From an uncultured bacterium (GTDB taxonomy: Bacteria; Omnitrophota; Omnitrophia; Omnitrophales; Aquincolibacteriaceae), in the NCBI GenBank assembly GCA_964524195.1, contig CAZGCC010000002.1, forward strand, positions 1 to 48,069: 48,069 bases of DNA, in the 5' to 3' direction. Position 1 is the first letter of the stretch. Every line of letters begins with the position of its first letter. Positions 36,489 through 47,181 of this stretch are shown piece after piece. Under the pieces are notes generated by a model that searched no databases, was not told the origin of the DNA, and saw only the letters and a list, made by a program, of their open reading frames with translations. A program made the position numbers and the translations under genes.

Positions 36489-37846
36489 TTTTGTTTTAAG
36501 GCCTTTTTTTTCTTTCCAAACTCGGTCAAACATTGCGAGAGGTTCATGGCGCAAAATCCTTCTCCGCACATGGAGCAGTATTCCCCGCGGCGGGACTCCC
36601 CTTCCGGCAAACCCTCGTCATGCATTTTTTTCGCGTTTTCCGGGTCCAGACACAGAGCGTATTGTTTTTCCCAGTCGAAATCAAACCGGGCTTTCGCGAG
36701 AGCATCATCCCGTTCACGGGCCCCCGGCCGGTGCCGCGCGACATCCGCCGCATGGGCCGCGATCTTGTAAGCGATCACACCCTGTTTCACATCCTCCAGA
36801 TTCGGCAGCCGCAAATGTTCGCACGGGGTCACATAGCAGAGCATGGCCGCGCCCGCCTGGGCCGCGATCGCCGCTCCAATGGCGGAAGTAATGTGATCAT
36901 AACCCGGCGCGATATCGGTCACAAGCGGTCCCAACACATAAAAAGGAGCCCCGTGACAGACCTTGATCTGCCGTTCGATATTCATAGGGATCTGGTCCAT
37001 CGGCACATGTCCCGGACCTTCCACCATCACCTGAACATCCTGCTCCCAGGCCCGCAAGGTCAATGCCCCAAGGGCATCGAGCTCTGCGAACTGCGCGGCG
37101 TCACTTGCGTCCGCAAGGCACCCCGGCCGCATCCCGTCCCCAAGACTGATCGTAACATCGTATTTTTTGCAGATCTCGAGTAACCTTTCATATTCCGTAT
37201 AAAGAAAATTCTGTTTTTGATGGAATTGGCACCATCGGGCGAGGATCGCGCCGCCGCGGCTTACGACGCCCGTCACACGGCCCTCGATAAGAGGCAGATG
37301 TTCCAGCAGCACTCCCGCGTGGATCGTCATAAAATCCACGCCCTGCCTGGCTTGATGTTCGATCACTTCGAACATGATCTCGGGCGTCAAAGCCTCCGGC
37401 TTCCCGTGCACCCGCTCCAGCGCTTCATAGATCGGAACAGTCCCTACCGGCACACTGGTCGCGCGGATGATCGCTTCGCGCGTCGTGTCCAGATCTTTGC
37501 CGGTCGAAAGATCCATTACCGTATCCGCTCCGAACTTCACGGCAAGCTTTACCTTCTCCACTTCGGCTTCAATGTCCGAACCTAACGCGGAATTCCCAAG
37601 ATTGGCGTTGATCTTGCACCGGACGCCGATCCCGATCCCGATCGGCCTCAGGTTGGGATGATGCGTGTTGGCGCAGATCACAAGACGTCCGGCCGCGACT
37701 TCGTCCCGGATGAATTCCGGCACAAGCCGTTCCTGGACCGCGACGAAATTCATTTCCTCCGTCACGATCCCCCGGCGGGCATAATGCATCTGCGAACGGT
37801 TGGCGTCGCTTTTTCTTTTTTCTATCCAACTGTCTCTGAATGCCAT
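36485..37846 (-). CDS. thiC: Phosphomethylpyrimidine synthase ThiC
   Basis: [32 protein letters not shown] and C-terminal [11 protein letters not shown] motifs. Confidence 0.95.
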   Translation of the reverse strand: MAFRDSWIEKRKSDANRSQMHYARRGIVTEEMNFVAVQERLVPEFIRDEVAAGRLVICANTHHPNLRPIGIGIGVRCKINANLGNSALGSDIEAEVEKVKLAVKFGADTVMDLSTGKDLDTTREAIIRATSVPVGTVPIYEALERVHGKPEALTPEIMFEVIEHQARQGVDFMTIHAGVLLEHLPLIEGRVTGVVSRGGAILARWCQFHQKQNFLYTEYERLLEICKKYDVTISLGDGMRPGCLADASDAAQFAELDALGALTLRAWEQDVQVMVEGPGHVPMDQIPMNIERQIKVCHGAPFYVLGPLVTDIAPGYDHITSAIGAAIAAQAGAAMLCYVTPCEHLRLPNLEDVKQGVIAYKIAAHAADVARHRPGARERDDALAKARFDFDWEKQYALCLDPENAKKMHDEGLPEGESRRGEYCSMCGEGFCAMNLSQCLTEFGKKKKALKQK

Positions 37847-37876
37847 TGGTTCCTTTCAAAATAATTTAAATCGTAA

Positions 37877-37915
37877 GTAGTAGGCAGTAACTACATACCA
37901 CATACTAGCTACTAC
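37877..37915 (-). terminator. Hairpin in the 78-nt spacer between the ahbAB-like gene and thiC
   Basis: The 7-bp stem GTAGTAG/CTACTAC encloses 25 nt. On the minus strand it is followed by TTACGATTTAAATTATTTT. It could act as a terminator or attenuator. Confidence 0.35.
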
Positions 37916-37924
37916 ATGCTTTTT

Positions 37925-38959
37925 TTACTGAAATGCCGTCTCGACGGCTTGACGGTTCTCCTGCCACCACGCATCCAGTCCCTTGGGGAAATACCGCATG
38001 CGTTCCTTCTTGAATTCCCGGACCGTCACCAGTTCCTGATGCGGCCATTTCCCGAACCAGTCCTGCATGCGCCTTATCGCAAGCTCAAGCTCAGAAGCGC
38101 TTCCGTCCCGGACCATCGAATAAAGTGAAAAAGGGAGCTCCGGGAATGCTTCCCGTTGATCCGCATAGATAACTTCGTCGAGTTCCGGGATCTCCGGCGC
38201 GATCCTCTCGATCTTTTCTCCCGGGATCTGCCAAACCACCATCGCGTTGGACAACGGCTCAATGGAAGCAGCCTTTGAAGAACTCCCGATTCGTTTGAGA
38301 CATTTCTTTTCAACAAGGGCTTTCATCAGGTCCAGAGTCTGGATCTCCGTGAGCCCGAGATCTCTGGCGATCCTGCGGAACGGTTCATCCGTGAGCGGGA
38401 ACGGCTCCTGCAACTGACGGATCACCTGGATCTCCTCAGCTGTCAGATCTATAGATCTTTTTTGAGAGAGGCTTTCGAAAAACTCCGGAATCCCCGGGGA
38501 TATCTCCGGAGCAATAACTCCCAAAAGGCTGGTCCCTTTCAAGATCCTGCGGACAGGTAAAAAAAGAGCTTGTTCGGCTCCTGAAATTTTTTCCATGCAC
38601 CGGATGTGAAGCTCCAGGTCCTGCTCCTGGGGCAACGCGACAAAAAACCAGACATTGAACGAATGCCTGCGCTCACAACTGTAGAGCACTCCCGGATGCC
38701 GGCCAAGGATCTCCGCTCCGGACTCCAACCTCGCGGATGAAAAACGCATGGCCCCCCATGCGCTCTGATAATGGAAGGCCTTGGGATCAAGGATCGCCTG
38801 GATCCCGCCAAAATTTCCTTCCCTTTTAAGCCGTTGGATGCGGACCAGCAACTCCGCGCCATCCATGCCGGTTTTTGAAGCCCAAGCCTCGAAAGGCCGG
38901 GGCGTCAACGGAAGTCCGCTTTGGAGACAGGTTAACAGAAGACGGTCTTTTTCATCCAT
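37925..38959 (-). CDS. Fused AhbA/AhbB (NirD/L-like) siroheme decarboxylase, two Lrp/AsnC-like halves
   Basis: Two repeats of an HTH plus effector-domain unit: DRLLLTCLQSGLPLTPRPF... and IQVIRQLQEPFPLTDEPFRRIA... This is typical of NirDL/AhbAB. Confidence 0.7.
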   Translation of the reverse strand: MDEKDRLLLTCLQSGLPLTPRPFEAWASKTGMDGAELLVRIQRLKREGNFGGIQAILDPKAFHYQSAWGAMRFSSARLESGAEILGRHPGVLYSCERRHSFNVWFFVALPQEQDLELHIRCMEKISGAEQALFLPVRRILKGTSLLGVIAPEISPGIPEFFESLSQKRSIDLTAEEIQVIRQLQEPFPLTDEPFRRIARDLGLTEIQTLDLMKALVEKKCLKRIGSSSKAASIEPLSNAMVVWQIPGEKIERIAPEIPELDEVIYADQREAFPELPFSLYSMVRDGSASELELAIRRMQDWFGKWPHQELVTVREFKKERMRYFPKGLDAWWQENRQAVETAFQ

Positions 38960-39130
38960 AAGAGTTATTTAAAGGACCTCCGGAAGGCTAGTGATCAACA
39001 CTTGAAGGCATAATAGCGGAGGGGCTTTGATTTGTCCATAAAGGCAGCGCGAAGTAGTGGGCGCATAATCAACGCAACTACTCATTTCATATTTTTACCA
39101 GGAACTACGGTCTATGGATCAGGCGCGATA

Positions 39131-39490
39131 TCATTTCAGGTTCATGCGGATCTTCTCAAGAAGCTCATCGATCTCGAAGGGTTTCTTGAGATTTCCCGCA
39201 ACACCACCCAGTTCCGTGACGCGCAAAGGCATCTTGTCATTCACGCTCGCGATCAGGACCGGGATATGCCGCCACTTTTCCTTTTCGCGCAACCGCACAT
39301 AAAATTCTTCTCCGTCCATGACCGGCATGATCAAGTCCAGGATGATGAGATCGGGGGTTTCTTTTTCAAGGATCGCGAGCCCTTCTTTTCCGTTGCAAGC
39401 GCTCAGGACCCGGTGAGACTCGCCCTGAAGATAAAGGGCGTAGATATCCTGAAAATCGCTGTCATCCTCCACGATCAATATTTTTGCCAT
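39131..39490 (-). CDS. Single-domain response regulator (CheY-like receiver)
   Basis: ILIVEDD...DLIILDLIMPVMDG...K receiver motifs. Confidence 0.9.
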   Translation of the reverse strand: MAKILIVEDDSDFQDIYALYLQGESHRVLSACNGKEGLAILEKETPDLIILDLIMPVMDGEEFYVRLREKEKWRHIPVLIASVNDKMPLRVTELGGVAGNLKKPFEIDELLEKIRMNLK

Positions 39491-39498
39491 AATACCCC

Positions 39499-41346
39499 CT
39501 AGTTCTTCGATCCGACAATCTGATGGGTTGGAAAAATAACTTTAAAGACACTGCCCTTTCCGGGACCGTCGCTTTCAGCCCAGATCTCTCCTTCGTGAAG
39601 CGCCACGATCTCCTTGGTGATCGTCAAGCCCACCCCGATACCGATCGTTGAAGGGGTCTTCTGAAAGAACGCGTCAAAGATCTTCTCCCGATGTTCTTCC
39701 TCGATCCCGATCCCTGTGTCGGCCACCTCCGCGCAAATTTCATTTCCCTTGGACGAAGACAAGATCGTGATCGCGCCGTCCGGCGTGAATTTCGCCGCAT
39801 TCGTGATGAGATTGACGAATACCCGGTAAAGCATGTCCGGATCTCCGGACATCTTGAGCGGCCCCATGCAAAGCCGGGTTTCAAGCTTCAGATGATGCTG
39901 CTCCACCAGCGGCCGCATATCCGAAACCACGAGCTTCAGAACTTCGTTCAGATCGATCTCCTGTTTGCGGATATCCGACATCCCGGATTCGATCCTGGAA
40001 AGATCCATGATGCTTGAGATGGTCCGCATCAGACGGTCCGCGTTCTCTCGAAGCATCTGAATGACCGGGATAAATCTCCCTTTCTCGGGATCGTTCGCGA
40101 TCTGCCGTTCAAACCACTGGATCGTCATAATGAATTTGGCGGTCGGGGTCTTAAGCTCATGCGCGACATCGCGAGTGAGCGTTTCTTTCATCATTTCGAC
40201 ACGCCTAAGGTCCGTCACATCGCGCATGACTCCCTGGATCAAACGGAGATCCCCCTCATAATCCACCACGGGCGTTAGATTGGTCTGATAATAGATCTCT
40301 CCGTGGTGAAGCCGGTGCCGTTGCTGGGTGTTCAAGTGCTCTACGGGCTTTTTAGTCCGCACGATCGTTTCCAGAGCGTCCTGGAATTTCTGAGCCTCTC
40401 CGGGCGCGTGCATCGACAAAAAGAGAGGAAGCCCTTCGGCGAGGATCTCTTCGCGCGTGTACCCTGAAAAGCCGCGATTGAGCAACATCAGCTCGCCATC
40501 CGGCGTGATCGAAAAAATAATATCGCTGACATTGTTAACGATCGTACGGTATTTTTCCTCGGACTCCTCAAGAGCTTGCGTGCGCGCCCTCAAATGATCA
40601 AAGCTTTGCACCAGACGGCTGACGACTTTATTGAAAGCCTCTCCGACCTCCTGGATCTCGTCGCGAGAATGGATGTTGGCGCGCGCTTCAAGATCCCCGG
40701 CGAGAATGTTGCGGGCCGTTCGCTGGAGCGCGGTCAACGGTCTTATTACCCACCAGGTGATCCCCGCGATCACCAGCGTTACAACGCACACCAAAAGAAG
40801 CGCCACAAACGATTTTTCGATAAAAATCTTACGGAGTTCCTGCTCAAACTGGATTTTGGAAAAAATAATGATGAGCCGCCCCAGGGATTCGTCTCCGGAT
40901 TGAATGGGCGCCATCGCCGCGTAAGTATTGGAGTCGATCTTCTTGACCCCAAAAAAATCCTGTTGATAAAAAAGCGCGGGATAGTTGCCGCTTCCGGGCC
41001 GGCTACTAAGGGTCTCTTTTCCCTCCGCATTTTCAACGCGAACCTCATCAACATCCGTTTGTTCGGCGAAAAGACGGACATAGGCCTGAAGGGCTCTCTG
41101 ATCATCGGCCACAAGCGGGATCTTCAGGGTTTCGGAACAAATCTCGAGGATGGTTTGAAATCTCGCCTCCCGGTATTTGATGGCCATATCCCGGAAAACA
41201 TTAAAGGTCGTTAGAAGAACGAAAAAAACGATCCCGAGCACCAGCACCAGCACCGGCAGTGCCAGCTTGTAGCGAATGGGAAGCCGCCAGGAATGTCTTG
41301 AAGACGAACCTTCGGCGCGTTGGGACCTTTTAGTCTCTTTTATCAT
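39499..41346 (-). CDS. Sensor histidine kinase (TM-HAMP-PAS-HisKA-HATPase)
   Basis: H-box VAHELKTPT, N/G boxes NLITNAAKF and DTGIGI, a HAMP-like segment after the second TM, and a PAS-like segment. Confidence 0.9.
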   Translation of the reverse strand: MIKETKRSQRAEGSSSRHSWRLPIRYKLALPVLVLVLGIVFFVLLTTFNVFRDMAIKYREARFQTILEICSETLKIPLVADDQRALQAYVRLFAEQTDVDEVRVENAEGKETLSSRPGSGNYPALFYQQDFFGVKKIDSNTYAAMAPIQSGDESLGRLIIIFSKIQFEQELRKIFIEKSFVALLLVCVVTLVIAGITWWVIRPLTALQRTARNILAGDLEARANIHSRDEIQEVGEAFNKVVSRLVQSFDHLRARTQALEESEEKYRTIVNNVSDIIFSITPDGELMLLNRGFSGYTREEILAEGLPLFLSMHAPGEAQKFQDALETIVRTKKPVEHLNTQQRHRLHHGEIYYQTNLTPVVDYEGDLRLIQGVMRDVTDLRRVEMMKETLTRDVAHELKTPTAKFIMTIQWFERQIANDPEKGRFIPVIQMLRENADRLMRTISSIMDLSRIESGMSDIRKQEIDLNEVLKLVVSDMRPLVEQHHLKLETRLCMGPLKMSGDPDMLYRVFVNLITNAAKFTPDGAITILSSSKGNEICAEVADTGIGIEEEHREKIFDAFFQKTPSTIGIGVGLTITKEIVALHEGEIWAESDGPGKGSVFKVIFPTHQIVGSKN

Positions 41347-41428
41347 TTTGATCTTGGACCGCTTTTCCGTAAAAATTTTAAAAGCCAGAAAATCCTTTTA
41401 AATATCCTCGTGCGCGAGACACTCCCCA

Positions 41429-41851
41429 TTATCGGCAGATTTCTCCGGTCTTGAAATACTCCTCCCAATTTAAAACAAGATCCTCCAGCACTTCCAGGTC
41501 CCCGGGAAGAAACACCGGCACCCGGAGCTCTTCTTTGGAAACCCATCTGAAATCTTTACAGTCGATCGGACGGGGATCCCCACTGATCCAGCGGCAAAAA
41601 AAGAAAGAAAGCGTGATCCCGCGGTCCGTGGTCCCATGATCCTTTTTACAAAGCAACCGCTCCGGCGCTATCCGGATCCCGAGTTCTTCCAAGGCTTCCC
41701 GCTCAAGACAGGCTTCGATCGTTTCGTGGGGCTCTCGCTTTCCGCCCGGAAATTCCCAATAACCCCCGAAGCTGTCCTCAAGATGCCGCTGAGCGATCAA
41801 AAGCTTCCCCTGCTTATGGATGATCGCACATCCGACTTCTATCCTTTCCAT
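41429..41851 (-). CDS. NUDIX hydrolase (MutT-like)
   Basis: Nudix box GGKREPHETIEACLEREALEELGI. Confidence 0.85.
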   Translation of the reverse strand: MERIEVGCAIIHKQGKLLIAQRHLEDSFGGYWEFPGGKREPHETIEACLEREALEELGIRIAPERLLCKKDHGTTDRGITLSFFFCRWISGDPRPIDCKDFRWVSKEELRVPVFLPGDLEVLEDLVLNWEEYFKTGEICR

Positions 41852-42003
41852 AAAGATCCTTCCGGGTCAAAGCCTGGCCGTGAGCCGAGCATCTAAAATA
41901 CCGGCGTTATTGTACCCAACAGCCTCTCTTGATGGAATCTTTTTATCCTCGCAAGAACCCCGAGGGGCCTATTCCGCAACTCCATCGTAACCCCTTCTCT
42001 CGA

Positions 42004-42031
42004 TTGACTTTGAAACCTTTGTCCATATAAT
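42004..42031 (+). promoter_or_regulatory. Near-consensus sigma70 promoter of the nuo operon
   Basis: TTGACT (42004-42009), a 16-nt spacer, then TATAAT (42026-42031). The nuoA ATG is at 42040 and there is no SD in between. Confidence 0.55.
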
Positions 42032-42039
42032 AACCGCCT

Positions 42040-42411
42040 ATGCCCAGCACCTCCTACTTCTACCAATACCTGTTCGTGGGTCTTTTTGTAGTTTTTGCGA
42101 CCATTTTCGCCTTGATCCCTCTGGTTTTGGCATGGTTCTTAGCGCCTAAAAAACCCTTCCCGGACAAACAAGCCGCCTACGAATGCGGCCTTGCCTCCCA
42201 GGGCGACCCCTGGATGCAATACCATGTTCAGTACTATCTGTACGCCCTGATCTTCGTCATTTTCGATATCGAAACGATCTTTATCTACCCCTGGGCTGTG
42301 GCCTTCAAAAAATTGGGGCTTTTCGCCTTCGTGGAAATGGCGATCTTCATCGCGATCCTCGCCTTTGGCCTCATTTACGCCTGGAAAAAGAAAATGCTCG
42401 AATGGGACTGA
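42040..42411 (+). CDS. nuoA: NADH-quinone oxidoreductase subunit A
   Basis: A 3-TM protein with YECG and FDIE motifs. Confidence 0.9.
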   Translation: MPSTSYFYQYLFVGLFVVFATIFALIPLVLAWFLAPKKPFPDKQAAYECGLASQGDPWMQYHVQYYLYALIFVIFDIETIFIYPWAVAFKKLGLFAFVEMAIFIAILAFGLIYAWKKKMLEWD

Positions 42412-42446
42412 GCCTTTCCCGTCCGGACGAACCCTGAAAGAATTTT

Positions 42447-43178
42447 ATGGCATTCACAAAAAATAAAACTGAGATCGACGCCCCGCTTCGCGCGGAACTC
42501 GCCCAAAAAGGCGTGGTCTGGACGACGCTGGACTTCCTCTACAACTGGGGCCGGCGCTCCTCGATCTGGCCCATGCAATTCGGCCTTGCCTGTTGCGCTT
42601 TTGAAATGATCGCCGCGGCCTGCGCCCGCTATGATATCGCTCGATTCGGAGCCGAGCTTTTTCGCGCCTCGCCCCGGCAGGCGGACCTTATGATCGTTTC
42701 CGGGACCGTGACCAAAAAAATGGCGCCGCAGGTCGTTCGTCTTTACAATCAAATGCCCGAACCGAAATATGTGCTCACAATGGGCGCCTGCGCGATCTCG
42801 GGAGGCCCTTTTGCGGACGGCTACAATGTCCTTCGCGGGATCGACCGTTATATCCCGGTCGATGTGCATCTTCCCGGGTGTCCCCCGAGGCCCGAGGCCC
42901 TGCTTCACGGGCTGATGGAACTTCAAAAAAAGATCGCCTCGCAGGAGATCCAAAAAGCCCCTTGGTATCAAAAAGGCCTGAAGCGGGAGTTCCCGATCCC
43001 CGAATTCGGCCCCAGCGGCCTTATCCCGAAATTCAATCCCGAAGTTTGGCGACCCTCCAAGGAAGATCCGCGGCGGGAACATTACGGCCAAACGATCCTA
43101 GTCGGGAAAAAATTGAAAGCTCCGGATCTTGAGCTCGTGGCAACTTCCAAACCCGCGGCGCCTGGAGCGGCCGTTTGA
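42447..43178 (+). CDS. nuoB: NADH-quinone oxidoreductase subunit B (with a C-terminal extension of about 70 aa)
   Basis: [24 protein letters not shown] and GCPPRPE motifs. Confidence 0.9.
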   Translation: MAFTKNKTEIDAPLRAELAQKGVVWTTLDFLYNWGRRSSIWPMQFGLACCAFEMIAAACARYDIARFGAELFRASPRQADLMIVSGTVTKKMAPQVVRLYNQMPEPKYVLTMGACAISGGPFADGYNVLRGIDRYIPVDVHLPGCPPRPEALLHGLMELQKKIASQEIQKAPWYQKGLKREFPIPEFGPSGLIPKFNPEVWRPSKEDPRREHYGQTILVGKKLKAPDLELVATSKPAAPGAAV

Positions 43179-43179
43179 T

Positions 43180-43767
43180 ATGCCCTTCTCTATCGAAGAA
43201 GTTAAAAAAGAACTCGAAGCAAGACTGCCGGATGTCAAACTCCGGACGGTCAGAGATTCCCTTTTGATCGAGAACCCGGAAGATCTTCCCCGGGTCGCCT
43301 TATTCTTGAAAGAGAATCCTTTATTCCTCCTGGATTATCTGTCGTCGGTCACGGGCGCGGATTATCTGGACTATCTTGAATCGGTCTATCATTTCTATTC
43401 TATGGCTAAAAAGCACGGCCCCTTCGTGCTTCGCGTGCGGGTTCCAAAGCAAAGCGCAAAGATCCCTTCGCTTGTGCCGGTCTATCAGAGCGCGGAGCTC
43501 CAGGAACGGGAAGCCTACGATACTTTCGGGATCTTTTATGAAGGGCACCCCGATCTGCGGCGGCTCTTTATGTGGGAAGGCTTTGAGGGCCACCCCCTTC
43601 GCAAGGATTATGAGCAGGAAGATTCTGAAACGCTCGAAACCGCGGACATTGCCTGGCTTGAAGCCCGGGGAGTCCTTGTGCCGGATGAAATGAAACAGAA
43701 AGCCCAGGAACTTAAAGACTCCGGAAAACGAGCGGTAGCGCAAAAACCCGCAAAACCCAGGAACTAA
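43180..43767 (+). CDS. nuoC: NADH-quinone oxidoreductase subunit C
   Basis: ERE.YD.FGI and [22 protein letters not shown] motifs. The start is 2 nt after the nuoB stop. Confidence 0.85.
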   Translation: MPFSIEEVKKELEARLPDVKLRTVRDSLLIENPEDLPRVALFLKENPLFLLDYLSSVTGADYLDYLESVYHFYSMAKKHGPFVLRVRVPKQSAKIPSLVPVYQSAELQEREAYDTFGIFYEGHPDLRRLFMWEGFEGHPLRKDYEQEDSETLETADIAWLEARGVLVPDEMKQKAQELKDSGKRAVAQKPAKPRN

Positions 43768-43775
43768 AGCAGGTC

Positions 43776-44930
43776 ATGCTTATCAAAGAAAATTTTAATT
43801 TTAAAAATGCCGGTACGGCCGAAACGCTCGAGATCAATTTCGGGCCTCAGCATCCCTCGACCCACGGCGTTTTCCGCATGGCCATCCAGCTGGACGGCGA
43901 AAAGATCCGGGGGCTGAAACCCGTTTTCGGCTACCTCCACCGCAATCACGAGCAGATCGCCGAGAATCTTCCCTATGCGGCCATCATGCCGTATACGGAC
44001 CGATTGGATTATGTGAACGCGCTGGCGAACAATTTCGGTTATGCGCTCGCCGTCGAAAAGCTTGCGGGGCTTGAAGTCCCCGAGCGCGCGGAATATGTCC
44101 GGGTCATCATGGCGGAACTCGCGCGCATCGTGAACCACATTGCCGTGATCGGTTTTATGCTAAACGACCTCGGCGCTTTTTTCACGCCTCTTCTTTACGC
44201 CTTCCGCGAACGGGAAAGGATCCTTGATCTTTTTGAGGAGATCACCGGTTCGCGCTTGATGTGCAATTATTTCCGCTTGGGCGGCGTGAAACGCGACCTC
44301 ACAGAAGCCCATCTCGCCGCGATTCGCGCGATCGTCACGAAATTCCCGGCATTCCTGGAAGAATTCGAGAGACTGCTCACCAAGAACGAGATCCTCTGCA
44401 TGCGCTGCCAGAATATCGGGATCCTGCCAGCGGCCAGAGCCATGAACGCCGGCATCACGGGCCCCGTGCTCCGCGCCTCCGGCGTCAATTACGACATCCG
44501 CAAAGTGGATCATTACAGCATCTACGATCGCTTTGATTTCAAGATCCCGCTCGGCCAAAAAGGCGATGTGTATGACCGTTATTTCGTCCGCATTCTCGAG
44601 ATCCGCGAAAGCCTGAAGATCCTGGGTCAGGCCCTGGCCGGGATCCCGCAGGGAGAGATCATGAACAAGAAAGCTCTTCCTTTCCTTAAGATGCCGCGGA
44701 ACTTCAAGCCTCCGGTGGGCGAAGCCTATGGCAGGATCGAATCTCCCAAGGGCGAATTAGGGTATTATCTGGTCAGCGACGGGACCCCGCAGCCCTGGCG
44801 TTATCATGTCCGCGCGCCTTCGCTCATCAACCTGACCTTGCTGGAGGAAATGTGCCTCGGTCAAAAGATCGCCGACGCCATCATCATCCTGGGGAGCATC
44901 GATATCGTGCTCGGGGAGACGGACCGATGA
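43776..44930 (+). CDS. nuoD: NADH-quinone oxidoreductase subunit D
   Basis: [21 protein letters not shown] and the C-terminal [12 protein letters not shown]. Confidence 0.9.
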   Translation: MLIKENFNFKNAGTAETLEINFGPQHPSTHGVFRMAIQLDGEKIRGLKPVFGYLHRNHEQIAENLPYAAIMPYTDRLDYVNALANNFGYALAVEKLAGLEVPERAEYVRVIMAELARIVNHIAVIGFMLNDLGAFFTPLLYAFRERERILDLFEEITGSRLMCNYFRLGGVKRDLTEAHLAAIRAIVTKFPAFLEEFERLLTKNEILCMRCQNIGILPAARAMNAGITGPVLRASGVNYDIRKVDHYSIYDRFDFKIPLGQKGDVYDRYFVRILEIRESLKILGQALAGIPQGEIMNKKALPFLKMPRNFKPPVGEAYGRIESPKGELGYYLVSDGTPQPWRYHVRAPSLINLTLLEEMCLGQKIADAIIILGSIDIVLGETDR

Positions 44931-45487
44931 CCTTCGGCATGGGCGTTCTCAAGGGCATGATCGTCACGCTCAAGAATTTTGTGACTTCCTACTTCCGCAG
45001 CCGTGATGAGGGGGGGATCTTCACGGTCCAATATCCTGAGGAACGCGAAAAAGAGATCGAGAATTTCAGGAACTTCCCTTTCCTGGTTTATGACGGAACT
45101 CCCGAAAAGATCCGCTGCGTGGCCTGCGGGATCTGCGAACGGGAATGCCCGACCAAATGCATTCATATTGAAATGGCCACGGATGCCGCTGGAAAACCGG
45201 CGCGAAAGCCCGCCATCTTCGACATCGATTACAGTCTTTGCATGAACTGCGGGATCTGCGAAGAAGTCTGCCCTTTTGATTCGATCTTTATGGACCATGA
45301 CTTTGAAGTAACAACTTGGGACTCCCGGACAGGGCTGGTCCATTCCAAGGAAATGATCTCAAAGCCGAACGAATATTTTCGGAGAACCCGCCCGGCGCTT
45401 GCCTCCGCGATCGATCAAAAACGGAAAGCGGCCGAAGAAAAGAAAAAAGCGGCGGCTCAACCCGCCGCGCCGCAAGGGCCCCAATGA
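44927..45487 (+). CDS. nuoI: NADH-quinone oxidoreductase subunit I (2x[4Fe-4S])
   Basis: [12 protein letters not shown] and [12 protein letters not shown] motifs. It has an ATGA overlap with nuoD. Confidence 0.85.
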   Translation: MTFGMGVLKGMIVTLKNFVTSYFRSRDEGGIFTVQYPEEREKEIENFRNFPFLVYDGTPEKIRCVACGICERECPTKCIHIEMATDAAGKPARKPAIFDIDYSLCMNCGICEEVCPFDSIFMDHDFEVTTWDSRTGLVHSKEMISKPNEYFRRTRPALASAIDQKRKAAEEKKKAAAQPAAPQGPQ

Positions 45488-46656
45488 TCCGGAGCATTGA
45501 ATTTTATATTGATATGATCTTCGTGACGGCCAAGGCCTGGATCCTTAGCCTTTTGGGTTATTTTTTGCCGGGTTGGATGATCGTCCTGGCCTCGATCGTG
45601 ATCAGTAGCGTCGTGATCCTGATTCTTGGCCCGGTGATCATGATGTACCTGACTTTACTTGAAAGAAAACTGATCGGCCGGATCCAGAACCGCTACGGCC
45701 CGAACCGGGTCGGGAAATGGGGCCTTCTTCAGCCCATCGCCGATGGGATCAAGATGTTCACGAAAGAAGATATTGTTCCCGCCGGGGCGGATAAGGTCGT
45801 GCATCTCCTGGCGCCAATCGTGATCGTGGTCCCCGCGCTCATGGTCTTTTTGGTGGTCCCGTTCGGCGAACGGATGACCGCCGTGAACCTGAATATCGGT
45901 CTTCTTTTTTTTATCGCTGTTTCTTCGGTCACCATTCTCCCCATTTTCATGGGAAGCTGGGCCTCGCATAATAAGTATTCCCTTCTCGGCGGCATGCGCA
46001 CGGCGGCGCAATTGATCTCCTATGAGATCCCGATGACGCTGGCGGTGATCCCGGCCATCATGATGAGCCAGAGCCTTTCGACCAACACGATCGTTCTGGC
46101 GCAAACAGGCGATTTCGACCTCCATTGGTTCATCTTCACTCCTTGGGGGATCGTAGGGTTTATCATTTTCTTCCTTTGCGCAACGGCGGAATGCAACCGC
46201 CCGCCCTTTGATCTTCCGGAAGCGGAATCCGAGCTCGTTGCCGGTTTCCACACCGAATATAGCGGCATGAAATTCGCTCTTTTTTATATGGCGGAGTACA
46301 TGAACGCATTCACGCTTTGCGGCATTGCGGTCACTCTCTATCTCGGCGGCTGGCAAGGCCCGTTCCTGCCGTCCTGGCTCTGGTTCTTTGGAAAAACCTT
46401 CGTTCTCATCTGTGTCATGATCTGGTTCCGCGGCACTTTCCCCCGCTTCCGCGTGGATCATTTGATGGGCTTTGCGTGGAAATTCCTGTTACCGCTCGCG
46501 CTGATCAATATTCTTTTGACCGCCCTTTGGCAATTCACCTCGAACCTTGCCGCATGGTTCTGGTCGCTGGTGATCCTGGCGGGTTCGTTCTGGAGCCTGG
46601 TCAAGTTGAACCGCGCTTTTGTTCCTGAAAAACGCTCTTATCCATTGGAAAGCTGA
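45484..46656 (+). CDS. nuoH: NADH-quinone oxidoreductase subunit H
   Basis: ERKLIGRIQNRYGPNRVG and EAESELVAGFHTEYSG motifs. It has an ATGA overlap with nuoI. Confidence 0.9.
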   Translation: MIRSIEFYIDMIFVTAKAWILSLLGYFLPGWMIVLASIVISSVVILILGPVIMMYLTLLERKLIGRIQNRYGPNRVGKWGLLQPIADGIKMFTKEDIVPAGADKVVHLLAPIVIVVPALMVFLVVPFGERMTAVNLNIGLLFFIAVSSVTILPIFMGSWASHNKYSLLGGMRTAAQLISYEIPMTLAVIPAIMMSQSLSTNTIVLAQTGDFDLHWFIFTPWGIVGFIIFFLCATAECNRPPFDLPEAESELVAGFHTEYSGMKFALFYMAEYMNAFTLCGIAVTLYLGGWQGPFLPSWLWFFGKTFVLICVMIWFRGTFPRFRVDHLMGFAWKFLLPLALINILLTALWQFTSNLAAWFWSLVILAGSFWSLVKLNRAFVPEKRSYPLES

Positions 46657-46659
46657 CCC

Positions 46660-47181
46660 ATGCCGATCCTTGAACTTGCCGTAAAATTCGGAACTTATGC
46701 CGTGATGGGCGGGATCCTGATCTTTGCCCTGGGGGTCGTGACCCTCCGGAACCTTTTCCATTGCGCGCTTTGCCTTGCAGCCACGATGATCGGTATCGCG
46801 GCCGTTTATGTCGTCCTTCAGGCGGAATTCCTCGCCGCGGTCCAGATCCTGCTTTATGTGGGGGCCGTTGTGACGCTTGTGATCTTTGCGATCATGTTAA
46901 CCGAGCACCTCGGCGGAAAATCCGTTCGCCAAACCAATTCGCAAAGTCCTGTGGCGATCGCAGGCCTTTTAGGTTTTGTGGTCTTGATCGGCGTCTTGCT
47001 TGTCAAAACGCCTTGGCCCGTGACCCCAACGGCGCTAGGCGCAAAAGCGTCGGTCATGAGCCTCGGAGAAGCCTTGATGGGCCAGTATGTTTTCCCCTTC
47101 GAAGTGATCTCGATCGTCCTCATTGCCGCGCTGGTCGGGACCTTGGTCATCGCGCGAAAAGATACGGCGGAGAGATCATGA
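46660..47181 (+). CDS. nuoJ: NADH-quinone oxidoreductase subunit J
   Basis: A 5-TM protein with [21 protein letters not shown], typical of NuoJ. Confidence 0.85.
   Translation: MPILELAVKFGTYAVMGGILIFALGVVTLRNLFHCALCLAATMIGIAAVYVVLQAEFLAAVQILLYVGAVVTLVIFAIMLTEHLGGKSVRQTNSQSPVAIAGLLGFVVLIGVLLVKTPWPVTPTALGAKASVMSLGEALMGQYVFPFEVISIVLIAALVGTLVIARKDTAERS

Noticed and set aside
35379-36770. Large antisense or overlapping ORFs (for example 35379..36770 +, 3567..4499 -, 7310..8095 +, 11221..12351 +, 20124..20987 +, 42375..43091 -, 45655..46461 -, 46761..47492 +)
   Set aside because: Each lies opposite to, or out of frame within, a gene with strong family motifs. Each has an Arg/Pro/Gly-rich composition typical of shadow ORFs in GC-rich coding DNA.
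38960-39130. TPP riboswitch upstream of the ahbAB-thiC unit, suggested by CCTGATCC
   Set aside because: Only an 8-nt partial match to the ACCUGAUCUGG core exists. There is no CUGAGA element at a compatible distance.
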